NCBI GenBank assembly: GCA_036847245.1
Contig: DAIUAL010000001.1
Coordinates: forward strand, 4,037 to 68,036
Direction of reading: 5' to 3'
From: Candidatus Kapaibacterium sp.
GTDB lineage: Bacteria; Bacteroidota; Ignavibacteria; Kapaibacteriales; UBA4661
DNA: 64,000 nt
Position 1 is the first letter of the stretch. Each line of letters opens with the position of its first letter. Made by a program: the position numbers and the translations under genes. Positions 30,175-40,726 of this stretch are shown in pieces. The notes beneath the pieces were generated by a model. It was not told the DNA's origin, did no database searches, and saw nothing but the letters and a program-made list of their open reading frames with translations.

Positions 30175-30280
30175 ATAACCCTATGCTTCGCGTGTGACAA
30201 ACAGTCATGATCTTGCACGAATAAGGCTTGATTGGAGCATGTCTGCGATGTTCTCTTGATTTTCATTATCATCAACATAT

Positions 30281-30715
30281 ATGTTTGATATTGGTGGTGG
30301 TGAATTGCTCCTGATTGTTCTGGCAATTCTCCTTCTTTTTGGTCCAAAAAAAATACCTGAGCTTGCACAAATGTTTGGAAAAGGTTTGGCACAATTTCGT
30401 AAAGCTCAAACCGAATTTCAACGCAATCTTAATGCTGTAAGTGATGAAATTCAGCAAGAAGCAGTCGCTGTCCAACAGCACATTGAGTATGTACCACCAA
30501 GCGGTGCTGTACCAACTGTTCATGATACAATGGTCGCACACGCAGAAAGTATAGAAAGCACGACGCACTCTTCGATAAATATATCGAATCATGATAAGCG
30601 TGCCGAGACAACGCACAATGTTGAGAATAATACACCGGAAAGTAGTCCACTCAACGAAGTTCCAGTTCAACCTATCGTTATTCGACCGGCTTCTACTTCG
30701 GTTGCGCGTTCGTAG
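30281..30715 (+). CDS. TatA/TatB-family protein (longer, TatB-like)
   Basis: MFDIGGGELLLIVLAILLLFGPKKIPELAQMFGKGLAQFRKAQTEF… has the Tat hinge/amphipathic signature with an extended acidic, P-rich C-terminus. Confidence 0.65.
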   Translation: MFDIGGGELLLIVLAILLLFGPKKIPELAQMFGKGLAQFRKAQTEFQRNLNAVSDEIQQEAVAVQQHIEYVPPSGAVPTVHDTMVAHAESIESTTHSSINISNHDKRAETTHNVENNTPESSPLNEVPVQPIVIRPASTSVARS

Positions 30716-30850
30716 TCAATAATGTTTTATTATTTATCCTTGAAGGTCATTTTAAGATAATATTCGGCTATCATACTCCGATATATACATCATGTTCGAC
30801 CTATTTGTTGTTTTGACGTTTTTCTTTTCTTTTTCTCTTGTTACTGTTAT

Positions 30851-32272
30851 ATGACTTTTTCGTATCTGCATGACCGTCGTGCTTTTCAAGAACAAACGCT
30901 TACCTGTGTAGCACGTACTCAAGAGTGTCTTGAGCGTATTCATGAATCAGCTAATCTTAATATCTTTATCACGGTCACCGGGGAGCATGCGATTGCTTCG
31001 GCACAAGAGTCTGATGCACGGTTTGCGCAAGGTAATCCACGTCCTTTAGAGGGAATGATTATCGCTATTAAGGATAATATTTCAACGAAGGGTGTACGAA
31101 CAACATGTGCCTCAAAAATTCTACATAACTATGTGCCTGTATACGATGCGACAGTGATTGAGCGGCTACAGAATGCAGGGGCAATCCTCATTGGCAAGAC
31201 CAATATGGATGAGTTTGCAATGGGGTCGTCGAACGAGAACTCTGCATACGGTGCAGTACGTAATCCCATACATCAAGAATATGTTCCCGGAGGGTCTTCG
31301 GGAGGATCTGCGGCCGCAGTTGCGGCGGGCATGTGTCATACTTCACTCGGTTCTGATACAGGTGGTTCTGTACGTCAACCCGGATCATTTTGTGGCTTAG
31401 TTGCCCTTAAGCCGACATATGGACGTGTGTCGCGCTATGGGCTGGTTGCATTTGGTTCATCGCTCGATCAAATTGGTGTCTTTGCAACAAATGCCGATGA
31501 TTGTTCAGCGGTGTTAGATGTTATCGCAGGCAAAGACGATCGCGATGCTACTAGTGCTCCGATTGCCAATAGCCGAGCGCATGAAGAATTAAAACTGCCT
31601 TTGCCGGAGAAATTTACTCTTGCAGTGCTTGATATAGCACAACTGCAAGGATGCGATGCAGAAGTTCTGAGTGCCTATCAGTCCATGCAAGAACGTTACA
31701 AAGCATTAGGGGCAATCATAGAAACAGTCAAGATTGATCTTGCTGACCTATCTATTCCTACATACTATGTGATTGCAACAGCAGAGGCATCATCTAATTT
31801 GGCACGGTATGATGGTATTCGTTTCGGCTTACGTGTCAATGGAGTGAATGACGATGACGACGTATATGTTATGTCGCGTACGCAAGGCTTTGGTGCAGAA
31901 GTAAAGCGTCGTATTATGCTTGGAAATTATGTTTTATCCTCCGGATATTACGATGCATACTATACAAAGGCTCTTAAAATTCGGCGCTTGATGGCAGAAA
32001 GCTATAAGCGTATTTTTACTCGTGCACATGCTTTGCTTTTGCCTACATCACCGGTATTGCCTTTCAAATTGGGCGAAAAAACATCTGATCCTCTTGCTAT
32101 GTATCTTGCCGATATTTTTACAGTCTCGGCAAATTTGGCAGGCATTCCGGGTTTATCGATACCGGCAGGCGTATCCGCAGAGGGTTTACCTATTGGTATG
32201 CAACTTTTGGGTGATCATTTTAAAGAAAGCGAACTCCTTCGATATGCTCACTATGCTCTACAATCCGCGTAA
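30851..32272 (+). CDS. gatA: Glu-tRNA(Gln)/Asp-tRNA(Asn) amidotransferase subunit A
   Basis: Amidase-signature block GGSSGGSAAAVAAGMCHTSLGSDTGGSVRQP and GatA-typical ends. Confidence 0.9.
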   Translation: MTFSYLHDRRAFQEQTLTCVARTQECLERIHESANLNIFITVTGEHAIASAQESDARFAQGNPRPLEGMIIAIKDNISTKGVRTTCASKILHNYVPVYDATVIERLQNAGAILIGKTNMDEFAMGSSNENSAYGAVRNPIHQEYVPGGSSGGSAAAVAAGMCHTSLGSDTGGSVRQPGSFCGLVALKPTYGRVSRYGLVAFGSSLDQIGVFATNADDCSAVLDVIAGKDDRDATSAPIANSRAHEELKLPLPEKFTLAVLDIAQLQGCDAEVLSAYQSMQERYKALGAIIETVKIDLADLSIPTYYVIATAEASSNLARYDGIRFGLRVNGVNDDDDVYVMSRTQGFGAEVKRRIMLGNYVLSSGYYDAYYTKALKIRRLMAESYKRIFTRAHALLLPTSPVLPFKLGEKTSDPLAMYLADIFTVSANLAGIPGLSIPAGVSAEGLPIGMQLLGDHFKESELLRYAHYALQSA

Positions 32273-32324
32273 TTCTTTGATATTTCATGTGTATGTATCA
32301 GCATTATCTTTCCTTCAATTGATA

Positions 32325-34271
32325 ATGCTCAGCATGGTGTTGTGCTTTATAGCAACTCATCCAGTTGTTGCTCAAACAGATACTGATCGGCGCAAAGAGC
32401 AGGTCGCCCAATCATATGAACAAAGTGGCGATTATCGCAGTGCAGCGCGTTTATATCAAGAATTGTACGCTCAATATCCTGCTTCGGAAGAATATTTTTC
32501 CGGTGTGGTGCGATCATTAGGTGGCTTGAATCAATATGCCGCATTGGTGCCAATTATTGAAGAGCGTATGGCAAAATACCCTTCGGTTGAGGTTGCAGGA
32601 TTATATGGAGAAGTCTTGTGGCGCATAGGGCGTACGAAAGATGCAGAAGCAATATGGGACAAGGGAATAAATATTGCTCCTCAGGAAGAAAAAACATATG
32701 CTACACTCGCTCAAGCATGTATCCGCGCACGGGCTTCAGAGCGGGCAATTATTGTTTTGAAAGAAGCGCGATTTCGATTGAAGAATAAAACAATTTTTGC
32801 AGACGAATTGTCGCAATTGCTTGGTTCTGCCGGCTTATACGAAGAGGCTGTCACAGAAACAATTGGGGTCTTGCAACGCGGGCGTAATATTGCTGTGGCA
32901 CAAGCACGAATTAGCGCGTATCTGACAAATGACAAAGCAATCAAAGAGACAACAAAAGCACTTGAAAGTATTGCCGCGAACGACCGTAACAATGTTTTGT
33001 TGCAGTATGTCTATGCGTGGTTCTTGCGCGAGATTAAGCAATATCCTAAGGCACTTGCCGTTACTCGAATTCTCGACGAGATCAGCCGTGCTCAGGGACG
33101 TGAATTATATCTGTATGCAGAATTAGCGCGTAATGAAGGGTTTTATGAGGAAGCGATTCAAGCGTACAATGATGTGATTGCCAAAGGAAAAAACTCGCCC
33201 AATACCATTGCTGCGCTGTATGGCTATGTACGAGCTTTAGAAGGCAAATTACAGGGGTTTGCAAGTGAGAATACCATGTTTTCTATGCAAAGTATTGCAG
33301 AAGATCAGATCAAGGACCTTATCGAGCGGTATAGCGCTATTTATCGGGAATATCCGCAGACACCTTTTGCCGCTGATGCCCTCCTACGCATAGCTACATT
33401 ATATGCTGAACGACTGTTTCAGATCGAACAAGCACAGAGCACATTACGACGTTTGTTGACCCAATATGGTGGTATGGAGTCTGCGGCTATCGGGTATATT
33501 CAATTGGGAAAACTCTTTATTGCACAAGCGCGACTCACAGAAGCAGAAGAAGTTTTCCGACAAGCCATCAGTGCCTTAAAAAATTTTCCTGATCAAGTAG
33601 GCGAAGCACAATTTTTGCTCGCAGAAATTGCTTTATATCGTGGTAACCTTGATACAGCGCAAACATTATACCAAGACCTTGCAGGTAAGCCGAATACAGA
33701 TATTGCTAATGATGCTTTGGAGCGATTATCTCTACTAGAATCTGTCATGAATGAGAAACAGCGCTCTGCTTTGAAGCTTGTTATGCAGGCCGAATTGCGA
33801 GAGAAACAACGCCGTACGGATGAAGCGGTCGTCTTATATCATGATGCTATTGTAGCGGCACCACGTTCCTTGTTACATGAGCGAAGTCTCTTTCGTCTAG
33901 CGCGGTTGTATGCGCAAGAACAAGTACGAAGCCAGCGAAGTACTGCATGGCAATCAGCCATTGCTATGTGTGATACTTTAGTGATGCAATTTTCTGATGG
34001 TGTTTTTGCTGATGAAGCGCTAATGCTATGGGGGCAGTTGCTCATGGATCGAGCTATGAGTGTCGAGCAGGAAGCTGAGCAACTCAAAGCAAAAGTAACC
34101 GATAAAGCATCGCCAAATGATCCTGCTGTCATACTGACCTTGATGGAGGAAGCTAAACAGCGTCGAGCAGAAGCGGTATATGTAATTACGCAAATTCTCA
34201 TCAAATTCCCTAAATCTCCCCTTGCCGGTTCTGCACGTAAACGTATTCGTGCCCTTCGTGGTGATGTGTAA
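32325..34271 (+). CDS. TPR-repeat protein with signal peptide
   Basis: Start moved to ATG 32325 (signal-like MLSMVLCFIATHPVVAQ). The 32022 extension overlaps gatA out of frame. TPR-like repeats throughout. Confidence 0.6.
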   Translation: MLSMVLCFIATHPVVAQTDTDRRKEQVAQSYEQSGDYRSAARLYQELYAQYPASEEYFSGVVRSLGGLNQYAALVPIIEERMAKYPSVEVAGLYGEVLWRIGRTKDAEAIWDKGINIAPQEEKTYATLAQACIRARASERAIIVLKEARFRLKNKTIFADELSQLLGSAGLYEEAVTETIGVLQRGRNIAVAQARISAYLTNDKAIKETTKALESIAANDRNNVLLQYVYAWFLREIKQYPKALAVTRILDEISRAQGRELYLYAELARNEGFYEEAIQAYNDVIAKGKNSPNTIAALYGYVRALEGKLQGFASENTMFSMQSIAEDQIKDLIERYSAIYREYPQTPFAADALLRIATLYAERLFQIEQAQSTLRRLLTQYGGMESAAIGYIQLGKLFIAQARLTEAEEVFRQAISALKNFPDQVGEAQFLLAEIALYRGNLDTAQTLYQDLAGKPNTDIANDALERLSLLESVMNEKQRSALKLVMQAELREKQRRTDEAVVLYHDAIVAAPRSLLHERSLFRLARLYAQEQVRSQRSTAWQSAIAMCDTLVMQFSDGVFADEALMLWGQLLMDRAMSVEQEAEQLKAKVTDKASPNDPAVILTLMEEAKQRRAEAVYVITQILIKFPKSPLAGSARKRIRALRGDV

Positions 34272-34331
34272 TATGGTAGAGCCGAAACGATTGACAAGAA
34301 ACTTTTGTACCTTTGTGGGGAGCATATAGCC

Positions 34332-35159
34332 ATGCAACTTGATTGTTTTGTTCAAACATTGTCGACGATCTTACCGCCTGCAACAGCCATGAAAGGTGAT
34401 AGAATTGGGTTACAATTACAAAGCGGAAGAACAGAATTTTCAACGCTCTTTATCACAATGGATCTTACTGAAGAGGTAGCACGCGAGGCAATAGCATGCG
34501 GTGCAGAGTGTATTCTAACATTTCATCCGTTACTTTTTTCTCCTTTAACAACGTTGACCGAAGAAGATCGAGTTGGTCGGATTGCAACTATGCTTGTTCA
34601 GCATCGCATTGCAGTAGTTGTTGCACACACAAATTTTGACGCTTTTCCGCGTGGTACAAGCACATTGCTGGCAGAGGCATTAGGATTGACGGTACAAACA
34701 TTTTTAGTTCCTGATGGAGGATGCACAGGTTTCGGCATGGGAGTTGTATGTGAAATGACAGAGGGTCTTTCACTAGATGAACTGCTTCAGCGTATTGCCG
34801 ATGTTACTCATGCGCCACTTCGCTTTACTGAGGGCAAAAACGCGATGCTTTATCGTATAGCCATTGTGGGCGGAAGCGGTATGTCGCTTGTTGACGCAGC
34901 TCTTAGTGCAAAAGCCGATGTGTTTATCACAGCTGATGTGAAATATCATGATTTCCATCGTGTACGTGGTACCATGGCGTTGATTGATCCCGGACACTAT
35001 GAAATGGAGCAATTTGTTGCTCGTGGTTTACAAGAGGTCGTACAAAAAATGCCCAATCAACCGGAACGAATTGTATTGTCGAAAACATTGCCTAACCCGG
35101 TACGATACTATCCTGCATCGCACTATATCAGCAAGCAAGTTGAGGCTTTACACAAGTAA
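34332..35159 (+). CDS. Nif3-family dinuclear metal-centre protein (GTP cyclohydrolase I type 2 homolog)
   Basis: MQLDCFVQTLSTILPPATAMKGDRIGLQLQ… and …VVAHTNFD… are typical Nif3/YqfO blocks. Confidence 0.8.
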   Translation: MQLDCFVQTLSTILPPATAMKGDRIGLQLQSGRTEFSTLFITMDLTEEVAREAIACGAECILTFHPLLFSPLTTLTEEDRVGRIATMLVQHRIAVVVAHTNFDAFPRGTSTLLAEALGLTVQTFLVPDGGCTGFGMGVVCEMTEGLSLDELLQRIADVTHAPLRFTEGKNAMLYRIAIVGGSGMSLVDAALSAKADVFITADVKYHDFHRVRGTMALIDPGHYEMEQFVARGLQEVVQKMPNQPERIVLSKTLPNPVRYYPASHYISKQVEALHK

Positions 35160-35275
35160 AAAGTTCAGATGCTTGCGCCTCACGTAGGATTGTTACTCGG
35201 AGTATACCATAGCAAGCGAAAAATGACGAATAGCAGACTTCATATATTTTCATTCACACTCTTAAGGAAACAGCA

Positions 35276-36040
35276 ATGATAAAAGATCAACTCACGACAC
35301 TTGCACGGTTGGCGGCAATTGACACACAGTTGGAGGAGTTGGAAGAAGAGCTAGGGGAGCTTCCTCAGGAGGTCAAGCAGTTAGAACGTGCGATGCGTGC
35401 CAAGCAAAGTGTCTTAGATGATATACGATTGCAGTTAGAAGAAGCTCAAACTGCACGTAGTAATGCACGTGTGCGCGTGCAAGAACTTCATGATCGCGAA
35501 AAGCTACTTGGCGAGCAGCAAAAAACCGTCCGTAATAATCGTGAGTTTGACGCAATTACCCGTGAAATTGAAGCAATCAGAGCAGAATTGAAAGAGCAGG
35601 AGCGATTAATTGGATCAGTGAATCTTACTGAAGAAAATTTGCAGCAACGTATCGGCGAACAGGAAAAAGATTGTAATGATGCGCAAGAACTCTTGCAAGC
35701 TAAAGAAGATGAGCTTCGTAAGGTCGCTGAAGAGCACGATGAAGACACAAAAAAACTCATCGACGATCGTATTCTCTTGATTGGCACATTACCTTCAGAA
35801 GCTCGTGCATTGTATGAACGAATTCATGAGCGGTTTGCAAATGCCGCAGTACTCATGCGTCATCCACGTGGCAGTAATGGTCAGCCGGTGTATAGTCGTG
35901 GTGCATGCTCGGGCTGTTTCAGTGCAGGCTCATCTTTACGTATTCAGCAGATTCGTAAATACGATGCAATACATCAATGTGAGCACTGTAGTCGTATTCT
36001 CTTTACCGATGAATGTATTCCCGCCGAGAGCGAAGATTAA
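35276..36040 (+). CDS. zinc-ribbon/coiled-coil protein (COG1579 family), conserved partner of Nif3
   Basis: Coiled coil (…IDTQLEELEEELGELPQEVKQLE…) plus C-terminal CxxC…CxxC (CSGCFS…CEHCSRILF). Confidence 0.7.
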   Translation: MIKDQLTTLARLAAIDTQLEELEEELGELPQEVKQLERAMRAKQSVLDDIRLQLEEAQTARSNARVRVQELHDREKLLGEQQKTVRNNREFDAITREIEAIRAELKEQERLIGSVNLTEENLQQRIGEQEKDCNDAQELLQAKEDELRKVAEEHDEDTKKLIDDRILLIGTLPSEARALYERIHERFANAAVLMRHPRGSNGQPVYSRGACSGCFSAGSSLRIQQIRKYDAIHQCEHCSRILFTDECIPAESED

Positions 36041-36051
36041 GTGAATAAAGT

Positions 36052-36675
36052 ATGGCAATCATGACATTCCAGTATGCTAGGATAGTGCTGTCATCATGGA
36101 TGATGGCACTTTTTATTGGTAGTTTTCTTCCCTTATATGGAGTTGGAAGAGAACATTATATTCACGAGGGTCAAGTATTGCATTTGCCTGTTAGTGATGA
36201 TGGAATATTGCACCCGATTCATCTCAGCTATATGGAAATGCATTTTAATCCAAGCACAAAAGTCTTTGAAACAACGCTCAAAGTATATCTTGATGATATT
36301 GAAGCAATGATTAAGCGTACGCAAAACATTGAAATGAAGCTCTCCTCACCCAAAGAGCATCCGCAATCAACTGAACTTATGATGCAGTATATCAAGAGTA
36401 CTTTTTCGGTGGAAGTGAATGGCAAAAAACTTTCCGAAACGCGCTTTATCGGCAAAGAATATGACCTTGAAGCTGTATGGCTTTATTTTGAAATTCCTCT
36501 TTCCAACGATGGTTCTGTAGCGGACATGACCTCACCGACAATGCTGACAATTCGGAATGCCATCTTGCATGATATGTATGCCGATCAGAACAACATGGTG
36601 CATTGCACTATCAGAGGGGTCAAAAAAAGTATTCTCCTTCGTAAAGGACGCGATGTAGAACAGATACGATTCTAA
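36052..36675 (+). CDS. hypothetical protein (signal/anchor), appended 12 nt after the nif3/zinc-ribbon pair
   Basis: Clean 207-aa ORF. No family recognised. Confidence 0.4.
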   Translation: MAIMTFQYARIVLSSWMMALFIGSFLPLYGVGREHYIHEGQVLHLPVSDDGILHPIHLSYMEMHFNPSTKVFETTLKVYLDDIEAMIKRTQNIEMKLSSPKEHPQSTELMMQYIKSTFSVEVNGKKLSETRFIGKEYDLEAVWLYFEIPLSNDGSVADMTSPTMLTIRNAILHDMYADQNNMVHCTIRGVKKSILLRKGRDVEQIRF

Positions 36676-36742
36676 TGCTTGTTCACTATACCTTGTATCC
36701 CAATTCGCACCAAAGATGAGCTTTTCTCTATGATATATTTGA

Positions 36743-39700
36743 TCATGAAGAGGAAAGGGGTGGCTTTGCTGTTGGTAATTCCACAATGAATGTTGCACCA
36801 TGACCTAAAGTAGATTCGCACCATACTCGACCACTCATGTGCTCAACCATTTTTTTTACAATGCTCAATCCCAATCCTGTACTATGTTCTCCGGCAGTTG
36901 GTTTTGGTGTTAAGCGCGCAAATTTCCCAAAGAGTTTTTTGAGATCATCGTTGGACAAACCCGGACCTTGATCTTGTACTTCGATGCGGACACAGCCGAT
37001 TTTTTCGGTTATACGAATAAATACACTACGTGACAGTGGTGAATACTTGATAGCATTCGAAATCAAATTATCAATGATTTGCTCTGTTGCATGTTGATCG
37101 GCAAAGACGCATTGTGAACCAAGAACTTGCAATTCAAGATGAATGTTTTTATCCTTGGCGGGTTGTCGATAAAAAGCAATGATATGCTCGACGAGGGGTA
37201 GCATGTCAAATTCTGTAAAATTGGTGGTAAAACCACCTCTTTCTAAACGATTGACATCTAAAAGATTAACCACAAGATTTAGCATACGTGCTGATGATTG
37301 CAAGATAGTTCGGAGTAATTCCGTTCGCATGTCGGTATCCATATGTTCTTCCGATTCAAGCATAAACTCGGCGGTTCCCTTTACCACCGTGATGGGATTC
37401 TTTAAATCATGCGATACAATACCCAAAAACTCATTCTTTTCGTTATTCAGTTCTAAGAGCCGTTCATTTTGCCTTTGCAGTTCTTCGGCTGTTTCGAGTA
37501 AGGCATGTGTTTTTTCGTCAACTAACTGCTGAAGTTCCTGTTTACGGTGCTCTAATCGTCGAACATTAATTTTCACAATACCCCACATTAGGACACCCGC
37601 TCCTGTACTAATGATAACCGATACCCACCACCGCTGATACCATGCTGGAGCAACACTGAAAGTAAAGACTAATGGTTCGCTCCAACGATATGCACCGTCT
37701 TGAATTGCACGCATTTCCAAGCGATATACGCCTTCGGGCAGGTCGAGAATGGTGAACTTTGACTCGACTTGTGATGGTGACCACGAAGTATCTGTTTGAT
37801 TGTTGAGCAAACGATATTGATAGTACATAGTGCTATTGCCAAATGCAATAGAAAGCACCTGCACTTGTATGCTAGAATGATATGGCAAAACAAATTCTTT
37901 AGTATTGGTATGCCTCGCACCCGGAGCAAACAAACCCGCACTTTCGAGTGCCGATAATGATTGCTTCGCATCACCTACCCTGATAGACGTGAAAAAAGGT
38001 GTTGCAGTTATTTTTTGTATAGCACTGGAAATAGGAATAAAAGCCATTCCTCCGACCGTACCAACTATGATACTATTTGTATGGCGGTCATAGAGCATTG
38101 CACGCAACACCGTCTCATTAGCAGGCAAGCCATTGAATTCATTCAAAAAGAAATATGAGCCATTGGGATAATACACCAACACGCCAAAACTCGTTCCAAT
38201 CCACAGTACACCTGACGAGTCACTCGTAATGGACTTAAAGTTCCTTACTTTCTCACCGGTTGAGGCATAAATGATAGGGATAGAATCGATACCCCGAGCC
38301 GTATGGTGGAATAGTCCTTGATTGGTACACAGCCATATATCATTCTGTTCTTTTGCCCATAGGGCATTAACTTCGAATCCGGGATGTATTGTGCCATCCG
38401 ATAGTGCAATACTGATGTCTTCAAACCGATCCCTTTGCTCCGAATACCGAAAAAGATATCCTACATTTCCCTGACTACGTCCAGCACAAAACAACGTACC
38501 ATCAGTTGTTTCGGAAAAAAACCGAATTACAGACATAAGTCCACGTCTTTCGTCATAGTGTTGTGCATTAGCATGCGCTAAAGAGGATGCCTGCTCGTCA
38601 ATACGCAGAACGCCGGCTGCCAGCTCCGCACATCCCCATAGCCTAGAGTGAGAATCTGCAAAAAGATGAAATATCGTCGGATTGCGTACCGTACCGGAAA
38701 GTGTAGGTATAGATTCATGCTTGCTCAATGTCTTAACATGGTATTTTGCTTCAGCATATTTCTGTACTCGAAAAAGCTGTCCTTCGATGGTACTATACCA
38801 TACATAGTGCTCTGTGGTGGCGACTGAGAGAATATCACCACCGATTCGCGTAGAAGAACTAACATTCTCTATTTGTGGAGAATAGTCACTATGCGCTGTA
38901 ATCTTATACATGCTACTGCCATTTGATGTGTACAAGACACCTCGCCCACTGCTTGCAATCGCTTGAATATAGGTGGAAGCATCGGCTTCAACATCAACAG
39001 TCCGAATATGAATAGGATTTAACAGTACGAGTCCCTTGTCTGAGCTTGCCCATATTTCATGATTTGGTGTACTAAGAATGGCATTAATGGTTTTGAATGG
39101 TATTTGACAGGATTGAGGTGAAAAAAACTTGGTTGAAAGAGTCGGTAACAATGCAGTGAACAGACCGTCATTCCATGTGCCAATATATAGTCGACCGTCA
39201 GTGGCTTTGTGCAAAGAAGAAATTCCACCATGATTCCACCATGGAGTACAGCCCAGTACATTTCCCTGTGCATCGATACGCATCTCGGTAATGCCTTGAG
39301 AATGACCTATCAGCAGAACGCCTTGACGTATAGGTAGGAGCGCAGAAACTGCCTCAAAACGTGTGCCGCGAGGTAGCTCTAATGCAATAAATGTATCTTG
39401 TACACGATTATACCAAAAGCAGTAACCGCTCTGTGAGACGACAATAAAACTGCCAAAACCATCGGGTACAAAAGAAAACGATCGAAGGAAGCTATTCGTC
39501 TGACAATAAGACGGAAAGGAGTAACGGCGCAGTGTTTTGTTCTGATAGCGCGAAATAGACCTTGACTGTGCAATCCACAGTGCCCCTTGTTCATCTTGAT
39601 AGAGATCTTTGGGGTAATTCACTGTTGTGTCGTTCTCTGTGCGATCGCCGAGCACTAAGGGTGTAAAACGTACAGAGTCTATCGCTACTGCAATCTCTGC

Positions 39701-40009
39701 AACACCTAAATCATGTGAGACGAGCAAACGATTGTCGGGCGTACGATAGAGATATTTGATGTACTGTGAGGGTAATTGTATCCGAAAATTTTGAAAATGT
39801 TCTCCATCAAACCTTGATAAGCCTTCATCGGTACCAACCCATAAATAGTTATAACTGTCTTGAGCAAGTACTTTTGTAGAGTTTGTCGGTAAGCCCTCGC
39901 GTGTTTTATAGAGAGAAGTTTTAAAGAGAGGAGCTGGCTGTGCAATTGCGCAGTACGAAACGATCCATATCAGAATGCTACTAATAACTATTCGCCGAAG
40001 AGCATACAT
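36743..40009 (-). CDS. sensor histidine kinase with periplasmic two-component-regulator-propeller and Y_Y_Y domains (no receiver/AraC output)
   Basis: Beta-propeller repeats, Y_Y_Y segment before the TM (…FTFSVAPAWYQRWWVSVIISTGAGVLMWGIV), HisKA (…VSHDLKNPI…) and HATPase (…DQGPGLS…GLGLSIV…). Start at ATG 40009 (signal MYALRRIVISSILIWIVSYCAIAQ). Confidence 0.85.
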   Translation of the reverse strand: MYALRRIVISSILIWIVSYCAIAQPAPLFKTSLYKTREGLPTNSTKVLAQDSYNYLWVGTDEGLSRFDGEHFQNFRIQLPSQYIKYLYRTPDNRLLVSHDLGVAEIAVAIDSVRFTPLVLGDRTENDTTVNYPKDLYQDEQGALWIAQSRSISRYQNKTLRRYSFPSYCQTNSFLRSFSFVPDGFGSFIVVSQSGYCFWYNRVQDTFIALELPRGTRFEAVSALLPIRQGVLLIGHSQGITEMRIDAQGNVLGCTPWWNHGGISSLHKATDGRLYIGTWNDGLFTALLPTLSTKFFSPQSCQIPFKTINAILSTPNHEIWASSDKGLVLLNPIHIRTVDVEADASTYIQAIASSGRGVLYTSNGSSMYKITAHSDYSPQIENVSSSTRIGGDILSVATTEHYVWYSTIEGQLFRVQKYAEAKYHVKTLSKHESIPTLSGTVRNPTIFHLFADSHSRLWGCAELAAGVLRIDEQASSLAHANAQHYDERRGLMSVIRFFSETTDGTLFCAGRSQGNVGYLFRYSEQRDRFEDISIALSDGTIHPGFEVNALWAKEQNDIWLCTNQGLFHHTARGIDSIPIIYASTGEKVRNFKSITSDSSGVLWIGTSFGVLVYYPNGSYFFLNEFNGLPANETVLRAMLYDRHTNSIIVGTVGGMAFIPISSAIQKITATPFFTSIRVGDAKQSLSALESAGLFAPGARHTNTKEFVLPYHSSIQVQVLSIAFGNSTMYYQYRLLNNQTDTSWSPSQVESKFTILDLPEGVYRLEMRAIQDGAYRWSEPLVFTFSVAPAWYQRWWVSVIISTGAGVLMWGIVKINVRRLEHRKQELQQLVDEKTHALLETAEELQRQNERLLELNNEKNEFLGIVSHDLKNPITVVKGTAEFMLESEEHMDTDMRTELLRTILQSSARMLNLVVNLLDVNRLERGGFTTNFTEFDMLPLVEHIIAFYRQPAKDKNIHLELQVLGSQCVFADQHATEQIIDNLISNAIKYSPLSRSVFIRITEKIGCVRIEVQDQGPGLSNDDLKKLFGKFARLTPKPTAGEHSTGLGLSIVKKMVEHMSGRVWCESTLGHGATFIVELPTAKPPLSSS

Positions 40010-40154
40010 TACATAGTGCATCATACAGCTGATACACCAATATCGGGTACTCATAATCTGAAGGTGAAAGCTATGGAAGAAATTCATACCACAGAGAGTA
40101 ACTTATTAGGAAGATTGATCTAAAACATAGCACACAGCACACTGTCAAACTCTA

Positions 40155-40661
40155 CTATGTCAGTCTTGTATGTCGTACGAAAATTTCTATCACATGTTCT
40201 AATCCTTGCTGATCATCATGATCAAATCGCGCATGGAGAGGACTGTCGATATCTAATACGGCAACAAGGTGATCATCAACAAGGATAGGTAAAACAATTT
40301 CCGAACGTGAAGCAGAATCGCAAGCGATGTGCCCCGGAAATGCTTCCACATCATCGACAAGAACCGTTTCTCGGGTCGTAGCACAATGTCCGCAAACGCC
40401 ACGTCTGAAATCAATCCGTACGCAAGCCGGTTTGCCATGAAATGGACCCAAGACGAGTTCATTCTTCTCGTTGGTAGAGCGATTAATATAAAAACCAACC
40501 CAGTTAATGTCGGGTAGCACTGCCCATAAAAGCGAAGATAAATTTGCCATGTTGGCAATCATGTCCGGTTCGCCGATGAGAAGAGCTTCGGTTTGCCGAA
40601 CAAGTTCTGCGTAGAGTTCTGTTTTGGATTGGAGAGCGGTCGTATCAGCAACAACAAACAT
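40155..40661 (-). CDS. GAF-domain protein, free methionine-(R)-sulfoxide reductase (fRMsr/YebR)-like
   Basis: Block …NWVGFYINR…LVLGPFHGKPACVRI…GVCG… matches the YebR-type GAF. Confidence 0.65.
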   Translation of the reverse strand: MFVVADTTALQSKTELYAELVRQTEALLIGEPDMIANMANLSSLLWAVLPDINWVGFYINRSTNEKNELVLGPFHGKPACVRIDFRRGVCGHCATTRETVLVDDVEAFPGHIACDSASRSEIVLPILVDDHLVAVLDIDSPLHARFDHDDQQGLEHVIEIFVRHTRLT

Positions 40662-40726
40662 TGATTTACAGTAAAAGAAATGATAAAACAGAAGTATTTA
40701 CTTTATTGACAATTATTTATTCACCA

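Noticed and set aside
32022-32324. Long N-terminal extension of the TPR protein overlapping gatA
   Set aside because: It overlaps the end of gatA out of frame. The downstream ATG at 32325 gives a signal-peptide-like start.
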